Shown here one piece after another: positions 50,865 to 64,000 of a stretch of DNA of 64,000 bases. Each line of letters starts with the position of its first letter. The first letter of the stretch is position 1. The translations under genes and the position numbers were made by a program. The DNA comes from Mobula hypostoma. Its lineage: Eukaryota. The notes under the pieces are model-generated. The model was not told the DNA's origin, searched no databases, and saw only the letters and a program-made list of their open reading frames with translations. The stretch spans positions 15,688,001 through 15,752,000 of the forward strand of contig NC_086109.1 of assembly GCF_963921235.1 (NCBI RefSeq), read 5' to 3'.

Positions 50865-53729
50865 TTACAGGGGCTGGGGAAATTATACATGACTAGCATC
50901 ACAAAAGTGTTTGCTCAGCAGTCACATTCGTGTTTGTAAGATATTGCTGAATACAAGTTATTTTATTCCTTGTCAGTACTCCAATATTGACTGCAGTTTA
51001 ATTGTAAGGTCCTTCAGGACATCTTTAATGCAAGTCTAGCCTCCCTTGATTGAAATGTATCAAAACAGACTAAAGATTTAGAGGAACTCAGGTGTCTAGG
51101 GACCATCATTCTTAATGTTTTCCTTGTAGGTGGTAGCAAGGCTCTGGGTTTTAGGAGGTGAGATTCTTGCCGCATTGTAAACAACGTTTGACCTGCTTTT
51201 GTAATTATAGTGATTCATTGTAGAAATTAGGGAATCTAACAGAATGTTATTGTGAGGAGAATTGAATACAAACGTAAATTCAAAGTTCAAAGTAAATTTA
51301 TTATCAAAGTACATATACGTCATCATACCCTTTTCTGAGATTCATTTTCTTGCAGGCATTCACAGTAGAACAAAGAACTATATTAGGACTAAATGATGAC
51401 AGAATCCTGAAGTCCAGGCTCAGACTCCGGGCATGTCAACTGACGGGCCCTCGTGCCTCTTACTCACATGGATTCTGGGACCGACCAACCTGGGACAGCC
51501 CCACATCCACAGACGTCCCTCATCATCCACCCATCCACGTTGTTATTCTTTGAGCAAAGAGCAGAGGCAGGGTCTCTGGATGCCCCTCATCACCTGTCCA
51601 CATTGCTGGCCTTTGAATGTGAGGGACAGAGTGGAGGTCTGACCTCCAACTCCTCCACTACACTATCTTTAACTCCCCTTCTCCATCCCCAAAACCGTCT
51701 ATAGAAACTTAAAAAACACAATTAAGTTGACAAGATCTCGATGGAGACTGCAGTTCCGCACTATCCTGACCGGAACTTGACCGAAACATTATCTATTTTT
51801 GGTAATCCTGATATGAACTTACAGATTCCTCAGTGAATTTGAAAATTATTAGATAATCTGCTTTAGTGATATTGATAAAAGGATGTACATTGGGCAAGGA
51901 CGCTAGGGAGAATCCCCTTTCAAAACAGAGTCAGGTAGGTTTTCTCCCCAAAACCTACCTGAGAAAACATACAAGCCTCATCCTAATGGTAAAATTCACT
52001 AGTACAGCATACTATGCTGCAACACCAGCTGGAATCTTATCCTCAGTTCCTTGCAGTCCGATGTGAACCCATAATCTCCTAATGCGGATGTGAAAATGCC
52101 AACAACTGAGCTACAGCTGGTGATAGATATTTTATTACATTCAACACTCATTTAAAAAAAATTACCATCTTTGTGCAAAGACTAGTCTTGCTTGCCATTG
52201 AAATCACTGAGTGACACTTTGCAATGTAATTAATCACAGGTGTAATGTATTAGTGTATAAATAGTAAAACTCCCTTCAAGTGATTTATTAAGGGACAAAA
52301 TGTATAAAAAGTAGGGTCAATATCAAACCTCTGTAGGAGAAAAATTTCATTGCAAATCTACCACAGGTTTTCAAATGACAGGGTGGTAAATTATAGAACT
52401 ATTGAAAATTCATCGGTATTCCCTGTGATGCAATTACAAAAGGGTTGTAGGATTGGAAGTAATGTATGGATTTAATAAAGTTGCTACAATATTTGAATTG
52501 CAGGCTTTATTTAAAAGTAAACAGATTCCAATAATGGAAACTATGCTTTATTCCACTGTTAAAATGAAGGACGTGATATGAGGCAGCTTAACTTCCTCAC
52601 ACCATATGATTGCGATCTCCTGATTATTTAAAATGAAGATGTGGTTCATGGGATCAGCTCACACACTTGCCTTTGCAGTGTTTACATCAAGGCTGTTCTT
52701 AGTCACACAAAGACCACACTGCGACAAGTGACTGCAATTGATTCCACACACGTTATATAACTATCTACTGGAAGATTTTCTTTGGAGGAATAATCAATTG
52801 GTAACTTGCAACTATTTTGTCAATCCCTGTGTCTCGCTACACAGGTGATTGATTTTTAGCGAGTTTCTGTTTCGTTCCTAAGTTCTGTGGGTCAAGGATC
52901 CAGATGTCTGTGTTATTGTTCATTGTGAAGTAGGCTCTCTTCATTGTTGGTTAAATAAGTAATCTCTTTGGGATGAATTTGCCTTTGGTCATTAGTGCTG
53001 AATGTGTGTAGGAGTATTGGCTATTAGTTGTGCTCGCTCCTCACTTTCGGTTCCATTGGCTTATGATACCCCACTAATGGCATCTGTTCTTGAGCTATGA
53101 AGATCTTAATCAAGTCCTGCCTCTCTCATTCCCCCTACTTTACTCAATAGTGCAACAGTTAGCATAATGCTTTACAGCACTAGCAATCTGAATGAAGAAC
53201 TTCCCTTTCATATGCCCCTTAAATATTTCACTCTAAACCTACGACCTCCAGTTCAAGTCTCACCCAACCTGAGCGCAAAAACCTCTGCATGCATTCACCC
53301 TAACTATACTCTTCATCATTTTGGTTTTCCCTCATTCTTCTGCACCCTAGGGACTACAGTCCTAACCGATTCAACCTTTCCCTGCATCTCAGGTCGCCAA
53401 GTCCCATCAACATCCTTGGGGAGGGACAACATACTATAAATGGAAGGTTAGTGAGTGTGTGGAGTAATACAGGGACCTTGGATGTGTATGTTCACAGATT
53501 ATTGAAGATAGTACGAAAGTCTGATAAGGTAAACAGTAAGGAATGCCTTTTCCCTCAGGAGGTTATGCTAGATCTATATACAACGCTCTTTCTTAAGACC
53601 ATATGACGGTAAAACATAGGAGCAGAACATTCAGCCCATCGGTTCTCCTCTGCTATTCCATCATGGCTGATTTATTATCCCGATCAATCCCATTCTCCTA
53701 CCTTCTCCCTGTAATCATAGGCACCTAAC

Positions 53730-56118
53730 TAATAAAGGAAGGAGCTCAAGAATGAAGTTAGGAGAGCTAGAAGGGGCCATGAGAAGGCCTCGGAGAGCAG
53801 GATTAAGGAAAACCCCAAGGCATTCTACAAGTATGTGAAGAGCAGGAGGATGTTGCAAGGAACGGGGCGAACTCAAACACAGGACACTGGCACGGAGATT
53901 GAGTTAGGATGCAGACGAGGGTGTGAGAGTGGCTGGAGCTGAACGGCAAACAGGAGGGTGAACAGGAAAGCAGGAGGCAGGCAGAACTTATCTTGACACG
54001 GAGCGAAGAAAGGCAAGCTGTAGACAATACTTTCCTTGACATGGAGAGATGGAGCTACACAGGTAAACCTCGGTACTGAAGTAAGACTTAGAATACATAA
54101 TCCTAAACGGCCGGGAACATTAATCACCACACTGGCTAAAACAACGATCTGGCAATGAGTGGATGCAAAGCCGGGGTTTTGATGCTGCAGGTTTTGATGA
54201 GAAGCAGGTGTACAGCCATCAAAGGGAATTTGGAGAAAATGGGGAATTAATGGTTGCTACCATGACACAATCAAAGAGAATTAGGAGAAAATGGGGAATT
54301 AACAGTCGGGACCGTGACAGGATGAGCCGTGTGAGAATAGGACCAGTCAGGAGCAATAGTGGAAACGTGCATGGAAATGGAGAAGGTAGTGGAGTACTTT
54401 ACTTCAGTATTCACCAGTGAAAAGGACTTTGCCAATTGTGGAGATGACTTGCAATGGACTGAAATGCTTGAGTGTATAGACATTAAGAAAGGGGATATGC
54501 TAGAGCTGTTGAAAAGTATTAAGTTAGATAAGTCGCTGGTACCAGATGAGATATACCCGAGGCTACTGTGGGAAGGGAGGGAAGAGATTGCTGAGCCTCT
54601 GGCATTGATCTTTGCATCATCAACAGGGACAGGAGAAGTACCAGTGGATTGGAAGGTTGCAAATGTTGCTACCTTGTTCAAGAAAGGGAAGTAGAGTTAA
54701 CCCAGGAAATTATAGACCAGTGAATCTGACTTCAGTGGTGGGCAGTTTGCTAGAGAGGATCCTGAGATGCAGGATTTATGAGCATTTGGAGAGACACAAT
54801 CTGATTAGGGATAGTCAGCATGGCTTTGCTAAGGGCAGATCGTACCTTATGAGCCTGATTGAATTCTTTTGAGGAAGTAACAAAACACATTGATGAAGAG
54901 AGAGCAGTGGATATAGTGTATATGGATTTCAGTAAGGCATTTGATAAGGATCCCCATGCAAGGCTCATTCAGAAAGTAATGAGGCATGGGATCCAAGGAG
55001 ACCTTGCTCTGTGGATCCAGAATTGTCTTGCCCACAGAAGGCAAAGGGTTGTTGTAGATGGTTCACGTTCTGCATGGAGGTTGGTGACCAGTGGTGTTCC
55101 ACAGGGATCTGTTCTGGGACCCCTCCTTTTTGTGATTTTTATAAATGACCTGTATGAGGAAGTAGAAGGGTGGGTTAGTAAGATTGCTGATGACACAAAC
55201 GTTGGGTTGGGGGGGGGGAGGATGTTGTGGATAGTCTGGAGGGTTGTCAGAGGTTATAGAGGGACATTAACAGGATGCAAGTCTGAGCTGAGATGGAGGC
55301 AGATGGAGTTTAACCCAGATAAGTGTGAAGCTGTTCATTTCAGTGGGTCAAATTTGAAGACAGAATATAATATTAATGGTAGACTCTTGGCAATGTAGAG
55401 GATCAACGAGATTTTGGGGTCCATGTCCACAGGACACTCAAAGCTGCTGCACAGGTTGACAGTGTTGTTAAGAACGCGTATGGTGTGAAGGCCTTCATCA
55501 ACCATAGGATTGAGTTCAAGAGCTATGAAGTAATGTTAAAGGTATATAAGATCTTAGTTAGACCCCACTGGAAGTACTGTGTTTAGTTCTGGTCACCTAA
55601 CTACAGGAAGGATGTGGATACTGTACTATAGAGAGAGTGCAGAGGAGATTCACAAGGATGTTGCCTGGATTTGGGAGCATGCCTTATGAGAATAGATTGA
55701 GTGAACTTGGCTTTTTCTCCTTGCAGCATCAGAGGATGAGAGTTGACCTGGTAGAGGTGTATAAGATGATGAGAGGCATTGATTGTGTGGATAGCCAGGA
55801 GTTTTTCCCCAAGGATGAAATGGCTTACACGAGGGGTCATAATTTTAAGGTGCTTGGAAGTAGGTACAAGGGGGATGTCAGAGGTAAGTTTTCACACAGA
55901 TAGAGTGGTGGGTATGTGAAAAGCGCTGCCAGTGACAGTGGTAGAGGTGGATACAATGGGGTCTTTTAAAAGACTTAATAGATACATGGTGCTTAGCAAA
56001 ATAGAAGGTTATGTGGTAGGGCAATTCTAGGCAGTTTCTAGAGTAGGTTACATGGTCAGCACAACATTGTGGGCCAAAGGGCCTGTAATGTGCTGTAGAT
56101 TTCTACGATTCTATAATT
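53730..56118 (+). mobile_element. CR1 LINE ORF2 relic (linker to 3'UTR), multiply frameshifted, interrupted by a solo LTR
   Basis: IKENPKAFYKY, PGNYRPVNLTSVVG, QHGF, VDIVYMDFSKAFDK, SGVPQGSVLGPLLF, KIADDT. Confidence 0.9.
53851..54319 (-). mobile_element. Solo LTR candidate (Gypsy-like), about 469 bp
   Basis: TGTTGC...GTGACA termini; splits CR1 sequence GAGCAGGAGGA|(GGA)TGAGCC with a 3-4 bp duplication; internal 19-bp direct repeat GGAGAAAATGGGGAATTAA. Confidence 0.7.
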
Positions 56119-57578
56119 CTGTAAATCTAATCAAGAACCTATCAACCTCCACTTTAAATGTACTCAATGACTTGGCTTCCACAGCCATATGTAGCAAAGA
56201 ATTCCACAGCTTCACCACCCTTTGGCTGCAGGTATTCCTCCTTACATCTGTTCTAAAGGAAAGTCCTTCTACTCTGAGGCTGTGCCCTCAGGTACTAGAC
56301 TTCCCCATTGTAGAAAACATCCTCTCCATATCCAGTCTATCTAGGCCTTTCAATATTTGATAGATCTCAATGAGAGCCCCCCTCATCTAAACACTGTTGA
56401 GTACAGACCCAGAACCACCAAATACTCCTTTCATTTCCGGAATCATCCTCATGAACCTTCTTTGGACCCTCTTCAAATCCAACCCATCCTTTCATAGATA
56501 ATGGGGTTCAAAACTGCTCACAATAATTCGTGCAGTCTGACCAATGCTTCAGCATTTGAAGTCTCTTTTTCCAGTCAACACATTACAAGGATGCAACCAG
56601 ACTGGAGAGGACATTGAGGTGATTTATGAAGGTGTTGCTAGGAGTGGAAAATCATAGCTATGAGGAAGATTAGAATGTCTGCAATGCTGAGACAGCAAAG
56701 GACTTGTTTCCCTCTACAGAGAAGTCAAAACCAAGGGGCTTAGATTTACACCTCTAATATGGATGACTTCAATTTTCATGTAAATTGGGCAAATCAGATT
56801 AGCAATAATAATACAGATGAAGGATTTCTGGAGTGAATTTGTGATGGCTCTTTAGAAAAACACGTTGAGGAACCAACCAGAGAACAGGTCATCCTGGACT
56901 GGGTGTTATGTGATGGGAACTGATTAATAAACAGGGTTGTGCCGGATCCCTTGACAAAGAGCAAATATAAAATGATAGAATTCTTCATTACGAAGAAGAG
57001 GGAGAGAGCTGATGCTGAATCTAAGTAAAGGAATCTATGGTAGTGTGAGCTATGAGTTAGCTTTGTAAGACTGGGAGAGGTTACTTCAAAGGTTGACAGT
57101 TGTTAGGCAATGGCAAGTGTTTAAACATTACAACAAAAGTTCATTCTTGTCTGGCATGAAACTAAGCCAGGAAGTGTCACGTAGGTGATGCCTGACCTGC
57201 TGAGCTCCTTCAGCATCTTGTGGTGTTACTCCAGATTTACAGCATCTACAGAATCCCATGTGTCCAGCAAAAGTCACTCAGCCATGAACTCTATAAAATA
57301 TTAGTTATACTGCTGGATCCAGGGAGGAGAACCAGGCATCCTGAGGGTTGGAAGCAGTTTAGGAATCAGAAGAGGATGCCAAACAGATTGCTTACAAAGG
57401 AGAAAATTGAGTATTAAATAAGCTCTTGCAGAACTTCAAACCAAATGTAGTATTTTGTATAGATAGGTAAAGAGAACAAGATAAGGGAAGACAAATATCT
57501 TACGTCTTATAATGAAGACTTATATTCAGAAGTAGAAGAATTTTTAATAGGAAGAAATGGCCGATTTGTTAAGTACTT

Positions 57579-57897
57579 TGTTACGATACGAACCCAACCA
57601 TGCCACCTTCTGGGGTTTAGACACCCTGACGCTCCGGAATATGGATAGCTGGCACGGCCCCTTTAAAGGATCAGACCCACCCCGCTAATTGGCAGCCATG
57701 TTTTTGCGCCAAGATTTTAATATTTAAAGAGCACCTGAACTGAGGTTTGGTGCTCAGTTGTCAGCCCTATATTGGATTCTCGTCCAACATCTACTTTAGA
57801 ACCCCATCCTTGTTTCAGTCTTGGATCACGTTTCGATTCTAGTCTCGGAGACTCCAGGACTTGGGTCCTAACCATCCTCGCCTCGTCTCTCGTCACA
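57579..57897. mobile_element. Short solo LTR candidate, 319 bp
   Basis: TGTTAC...GTCACA termini, internal TATTTAAA, CpG-retaining, interrupts CR1; no clean TSD. Confidence 0.5.
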
Positions 57898-58779
57898 TAT
57901 GTATTTTGATGCTGCCTTTACAAGGAGGACACAACTAGGATCCAGTGAGAGGGAGGGACCAAATGAGGTCAATACTAGGAGGGAAATAACATTAGGAAAA
58001 CTTAAGCAATTAAAGACCAATAAATCCCCAAGACCTGATAGTCTGTATTGCAGAACTTGTTAAAGAAGTGTCCCTAAAATATTAGAAGTCCAAGTTCAGG
58101 TTTATTGTCATCGGAGTGTACATATATACAACCAAACGAAACAACTTTCATCAGAACCATGTTGCACCCACACAACATATATCACATACAGTACAATAGT
58201 TAATAAGATATAATTCAAAATACCTGACTTAGGGAGCAGCACAGGTAAACAGTAAATAGCTCGCTATCCTAGTGTTGTGAATTTAATGGTTGCTGGATAT
58301 TCATTAGTCTCACAGCCTGAGGGAGGAAGCTGATTCTCAGATTGACAGTCTTAATCCTGATGCTTCTGTACCTCCTTCCTGATGGTACTGGGTCAAAGAG
58401 ATTGTGGGATGGGTGGTAGGGATCCTCAATAATGCTTTGGGCCCTTCATCTGCAACCCTCCCAGTAAATGTCACAATAGGGAGGACTATCCTCTTTAGTG
58501 TCTGATGCCTTGCAGCTTCCGTAGCACACAATGATGCGGCCAGACAGGACACACTTGACGGTGCTCCATTAGAAAGTTGTTAGGATGGAGACAGGGAGCC
58601 TTGCACTCCTCAATCTCCTCAGCGTAGACATTGCAGTATCTTCTTGATGAGTGAGGAAGTTTTGTGGGTCCATGTTAAATCATCCATTTTCCAACATTCT
58701 TTAGACACTGGAACAGTTCCTATGGATTGAAAATTAGCTAATGTGCCCCCAGTATTTACAAAGGTGGTAGAGAGACGGG

Positions 58780-59335
58780 TGAGTTTCGGGCTGGATGTCC
58801 TGCTCACTTAAGGAAGGTCTCCCATAGCCTCTCCTTTCCCGGTGTAGTGATCACCCAGGACCACTGTTTGGCTTGCCAGGCAGGAAGTCACTTGCATATG
58901 GCCTCTCCTATACTACTGTGCCCATAGCAACACCTTCACGTGGAGTCCCTGTTCCTTCTGAGTTTGTTATGTCATGGTGCGACAGAGTGTCCAGCAGTAT
59001 ATCTGGGAGGGCAGGCTGGGCTCATCGGCCTTGGTTGGCAGCCAGCCCAGGAGAAGGACAACTCTGATTCCAAACCAGGTAGATGGGACTCATTAGCCTT
59101 GCCAGGCAGTCTGTCTAAGAGAAGGAAAACTCCAAAACTCAACCTACAGCCTTGTAGTCGCCACAGTTGTTGCAACTCGCTGTGCCATTGTAGAATGTCC
59201 CCCAGCCTAAAGAGTGGAATTGGTCCGTACGCGCCGATCCTCACCGTAACCTACACAGCACAGGCAGGAAGAAAAGTCCTACTTCCCTCCTGATCTTTGC
59301 AAACGAAGAACCAGCCATCATCCTCATCAGAGAGA
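58780..59335 (+). mobile_element. RTE-related non-autonomous repeat nested in CR1
   Basis: CCTTGGTTGGCAGCCAGCCCAGGAGAAGGACAACTCTGATTCCAAACC leader-like motif partly repeated; (CAT)n-like end. Confidence 0.45.
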
Positions 59336-62157
59336 AAACAGAACTTTAGATTGGTTAGCCTAACATCACTGGTGGGAAAATGCTGGAGACCATTATGAAA
59401 GATGCAATACTGGAACTCTTAGAGAAGAGTGACAGGATCAGTCAATATCATGGATTTGTGAAAGAGAAATTGTGCTTGACAAATCTACTGGAATGTTCTG
59501 AAGGTATAACCAGCTGAATACATGAGGGAAAACCTGTGGATGTGGTGTACTTGGATTTTCAGAAAGTTTTCAGTAAGGTTCCACATAACAGATTAGCATG
59601 CAAGATTAAAGCAAATGGCACTGAGGATCAGGTGCTGATATGTTCAGCTGATGGAAACAAAGATTAGGAAGAAATGGATCTTTGTCCAAGTGACAGGCAG
59701 TAACTAGAGGGGTACTCGATGGGTGACGCTAGTGTAGCAGTTAATATAATGCTATTACAGCGCCAGTGACCTGGATTTAATTCTGCTCCTGTCTGTAAGA
59801 AGTTTGGGTGTTGGCCTGGATTCTCTTCAAGTACTCTGCTTCCCTTCCACATTCCAAAGATGTCTGGGTGAGTAGGTTAATTTTTCGCATATGCAGATGT
59901 AAGTGGGTAGTGTGGGCTCACTGAGCCAAAAGGGCCTGTTACCACATTGTGTCTCCAAATTGATAAATAAACAAACAAACAAACAAACAAATAAATAAAT
60001 AGGTGAATGAATGAATAGATAGATAAATTAATTAATTAATATAGTGTTCAGTGCTGGGGCCCCAGTTTTTCCATGACAGATTAATCACCTGGATGAGGTA
60101 ACTACATTTAACATCTGCTGGTGTACTGAGGACTCAGTGTTGGGCGGAAGGGTGTGCCTTGAGGAGATACGTGGCAGTTGCAGTATAATGTGGATAAATA
60201 TGAGGTTACACAGGTTATACACTTTGGCGAGCATAACAGGGAGGAAAATTATCTGCATGGAAATGGATTGGGAAACAGGAAGGTATGATACTTTGATATC
60301 CTTGTGCACCTTTCACTGAAAGTAAAACACAAGAAGCACTGCAGGAACTCATCGGGTGAGCAGTATCTATGGAGGGATATAAGCAGTTGACATTTTGGAT
60401 CCAAATTCTTCATTTGGACTGGAAGGGAAAGAGGAAATAGCCAGTATAAAAAGATAGAGGGACAGGGTGGAGAAAGAGCTCGCAGGTGATAGGTAGATCC
60501 AAATGAGTGGGGGGTGTGATAGGTAGACAAGGGCAGGACTGATGTAAGCATACAGGTACAGCAGGTGATTAAGAAGGCAAATTGAATGCTGGTTTATCAC
60601 GGTGAGAGAATTGGAGTGTAGGAGTTGGAATGTCAGGCCTCAATTGCACTTGGCTTTGGTGAGGTTGCACCTTAAGTATTGCGTGAAGTTTTGGTCTCTT
60701 TTTCTAAGGAAGCATTTTCTTGCTATGTAGTGAATTCAATAAAGTTCACCGGATTAATTCCTGGGATGACAGGAATGAAAAATGAAGAGAGATTGGGTTA
60801 ATTTGGTGTATAACCACTGGAAGATTGAGAAGGGATCTCAAGGAAATGGGCAAAATTCTAACCAGACTGGATGGGATGTGTGTTCCCATTGCCAGAAAGT
60901 TAAAAACCCAGGAATACAGATTAAGGATAAGGGGTGTAAGCCATTTAAAACAGATTAGCAGCAATTTCACTTTACAGAGAGAAGGATGAAGCTGGGGAAT
61001 TCTCTACCACAAGAAGCAGCTGAAAACAAATGATTAAATATTTTCAGGAAGGAGTTGGATATTTTCCTAAGGTCTAGAGAGATCAAAGCTTGAATGGTAT
61101 TGAACTTGGATGATCAGCTGATTCAGGCTTGAATTGCTTATTCCTGCTCATGTTTCCATGTTTCTGTGTTTCTAAGCTAATTGGTTGATGGATAAGAGTG
61201 AGATGAAGGAAGATGATTTTCTTCAGGGCGGTGAGGTCGCACAGCTAGTGAAGCCGCTGTTTGACAATGCTAGAGACCCAGGTTCAATCCTGGTGTCAGA
61301 TGCTGTCCGTGTGGAGTTTGCGCGTTCTCCTTGTGGCCACATGGGTTTCTCTTTGGGTGTTCTGGTTTCCTCCTATGTTCTAAAGACATGTGGATTGGGA
61401 GAAAAATTGGCCATTGTAAATTGCCTCTAGTGCAGAGATAAAGGGTATTACCAAGGACAAATTGATAAGGATGTCAGGAGAATTAAAAAATATAGAATTA
61501 ATGTCAAAGTAGTGTATATAATGTGTTGATGTTCAATGAGGTTTCAGTAAGCCAAACAACCAGCTGTGTGATTCTTTGACTCTTTGCTCCAATAAATTAT
61601 TTTAACATATTATTTTAAATACAACTTTGATTGTTTTAATTATTTGAAACCAAATTAAAACTTTTCCTAATAATTGCTTATTAAATCACTCTAAAACATT
61701 AATCAGCATTGACAGGCAGTCAAGCATTCCATCTTGTTATGGTTTCCCAAGATGTTCTGAGTATGAGTCCTTAGCAGCGAAGGTTTATCAGTCTCAAGAC
61801 CCCTTGAATAACTACATTCAAGTACTTTTACCATTTTAACAAAATCATGAGATAACATGAGAATGGGCAGAGGGCAGTCTGGGCAACATCTCAAATCACA
61901 ATAATTTTCTCATGATTCATTTCTTCGTCTTCACTACATACCTTGGGTGTATTAGCGAGAACTGGTCATATTGAAATAGATCAGGTCCTGAAGGAATTTG
62001 AGAATGTAGATACTGAGAAAATGTTTCCAGGCTGAGATAATCCAGAATTTGTTGCATGGCCTCAGGATAAGGCTCAGACATTTAAGTCTGTGATGAGGAG
62101 TCCTCCAGGGGATTCTAATCTTTGGAATACACAACACCAGCAAGTTGTAGAGACTGA

Positions 62158-63026
62158 GGCTACATCCACACTAGACCAGATAAATCCATAACCGAAGCTT
62201 TTTCTCTTCGTTTTGACTCTCCTTCCACACTGAAACAGCATTTTCCTCCCCCGAAAATGGAACTTTTCTAAAACACTCTCCAGAGTGTTTAAATCTGAAA
62301 ACGCCAGTTGGCCGTTGTAGTGTGTACGGGGTAACCGGCTATTTATAAAACCGCTGTCAGGACGTGCCGGAACAAATGGTGGCGGTAGCGCGGCGTTTCA
62401 TTGTTTTCTTGAACACAACCTCCAACACCACAACAACAATGTAAACAGCCTAATGTAACATTGTATTGAAATACAAGATAACACTGATGCAGACATGTTT
62501 TATACATTTAACAAGGTGCTTTATTAATATGTTGCTTGTGCAAACATTCAATAGATGCAATTGTCACTTTTGCCCAATAACTCGTTTTATTGCACATGTT
62601 AAATACAGAAAAATAATACACAAAGACATGGCAAAAGTAAAGGCAAACAAATGAGGTAACAGCAAATTTCACTTTTGCCCAGTAACAAGCCTTATTGCAT
62701 TTAGTTGTAGCTGTCATCCCTTTCATCAGTGAAGAGACTATGGCCGTAGTAAATGTTTCTGGACAAACACGCACCAAGTCTTTCATTTGGCAATTTCCTT
62801 TTAAGTTTTTGTAGTCTGTAACTGGACAAGCACGCACCGAGTATACCATTTCCTCTTCGCTTGTTTTCTGTAGATGTGTCCTGCGCATGCCCAGTAGGAG
62901 AAGATTCGCCCAAATACCCGTTTTAATGTGGACGGAGGTATTTTCAAAAATGCCTGGTGTGGACGCCTATCGTTTTTACACGAAACTGGCGTTTTCAAAA
63001 TTATCCGGTCTAGTGTGGACGTAGCC
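62158..63026. mobile_element. PIF/Harbinger-like MITE, 869 bp
   Basis: 26-bp TIR GGCTAC(A/G)TCCACACTAGACC(A/G)GATAA (24/26 match), flanks TGA/TAA, subterminal GAAAACGCCAGTT near both ends; splits a CR1 3' relic. Confidence 0.85.
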
Positions 63027-64000
63027 TAAGTGATTAAATATGCTCTGAGATGGTTCAAAGGTTCAAAAGTTCATTTATAATTAAAGTATATAACTCTGAC
63101 ATTCTTCAATTCTCTGGGTAGTCAAGAATGGGTTAAAATTTATAGAAATTAGAGAAATCTGGGGTTATAGGGATTGTACAAGAAGTCAGAATTGGGGTGA
63201 AAGATCAGATTTGCGATGAAGAAGGTTCTCAACCTGAGATCCAGCATCTCGTTCTTGCTCGAGATTCTGGTTTCTGTAGCCTCTTTTCAGAAGGAAAACT
63301 GGAGATCAATATGGGAGGGAAGAGTGAGATTGATTTTTAGAGTTGGCTAAAATGTCAGTACAACATCGTGGGCTGAAGGGCCTGTACTGTTTTATGGTTC
63401 TATGATTCCATCATCAGAGATACCCCACCACCCAGGCCATGCTCTTTTCTCGCTGCTGCCATCAGATAGAAGGTACAAGAGCATCAGGACACGCAACACC
63501 AGGTTGAATAACAGCTGCTACCCCACAGCTATCAGGCTCTTGAATAGGGGATAACTACACTCACTTGCCCATCCATTCAAACGTTCCCACAACCGATGAT
63601 CTCACTTTAAGGACTTTTTATCTTGTTATCTGATGCTTTTGTTATTTATTGCTCTTTATTCTTATTTGTATTTGCAGAGTTTGTTATCTTCTGCCCTCTG
63701 GTTGATGTTACATTGATCCTGTTTACAGTTACTATTCTATAGGTTTGCTGGATATGCCCACAGGAAAATGAATCTCTGTGTCGTGTATGGTGACATATAT
63801 GTACAAACGTACTTTGATGATAAAATTTACCTTAATCTTTGGACTATGATTCTAAAGTTCTTTTGTCTGCCTTTGGCAAGGCTAAGGAGGCATATAGTGT
63901 CTTTGCAGTCCTGTTTATTACATTTTACACACAAATCAAAGACAAAGTCAGAAAGAGTAGGACAACGATGAATTGGATGGAGTTGTGCAAGTGTAAATTT

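Larger units (their letters stand above)
56755..61160 (+). mobile_element. Old, long CR1 (endonuclease to 3' end) fragmented by nested insertions
   Basis: Collinear relics: DFNFH.NW, VEEPTREQVILDWVL (56.8 kb), SQYHGFVK..CLTNLLE, VDVVYLDFQK.F.KVPH (59.5 kb), LVRLHLKYCV.FWS (60.65 kb). Confidence 0.75.

Overview
Repeat-dense vertebrate DNA. The repeat repertoire (CR1, DeuSINE/SacSINE-like, Penelope-derived, Rex/Babar, Tc1 MITEs) points to a cartilaginous fish, probably a ray; this is inference from recalled families, not a database match. No intact cellular protein-coding exon could be identified, and nearly all ORFs in the track are transposon relics or chance ORFs. One CpG-rich promoter/first-exon candidate lies at about 41.8-42.4 kb on the - strand (CCAAT, GC box, TATA-like motif, uORF-rich leader, GTGAGT donor), so 1-41.8 kb may be a long intron of an unidentified gene. 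Main observations: (1) a 2.03-kb TSD-flanked L1 derivative that keeps ORF1 but has ORF2 collapsed to a 20-codon remnant (half-L1-like); (2) many dispersed minimal hammerhead-ribozyme motifs in Penelope-derived repeats, some in fold-back pairs; (3) two - strand polypyrimidine-CAG|GTRAGT sites (34.3 kb, 7.1 kb) that read as microexons or recursive splice sites; (4) TIR/TSD-bounded Chapaev3-like and Harbinger-like elements, an R4/Dong-like fragment, solo LTR candidates and a 1.2-kb purine minisatellite. Family names come from motif recognition by eye, and boundaries of degraded repeats are approximate.
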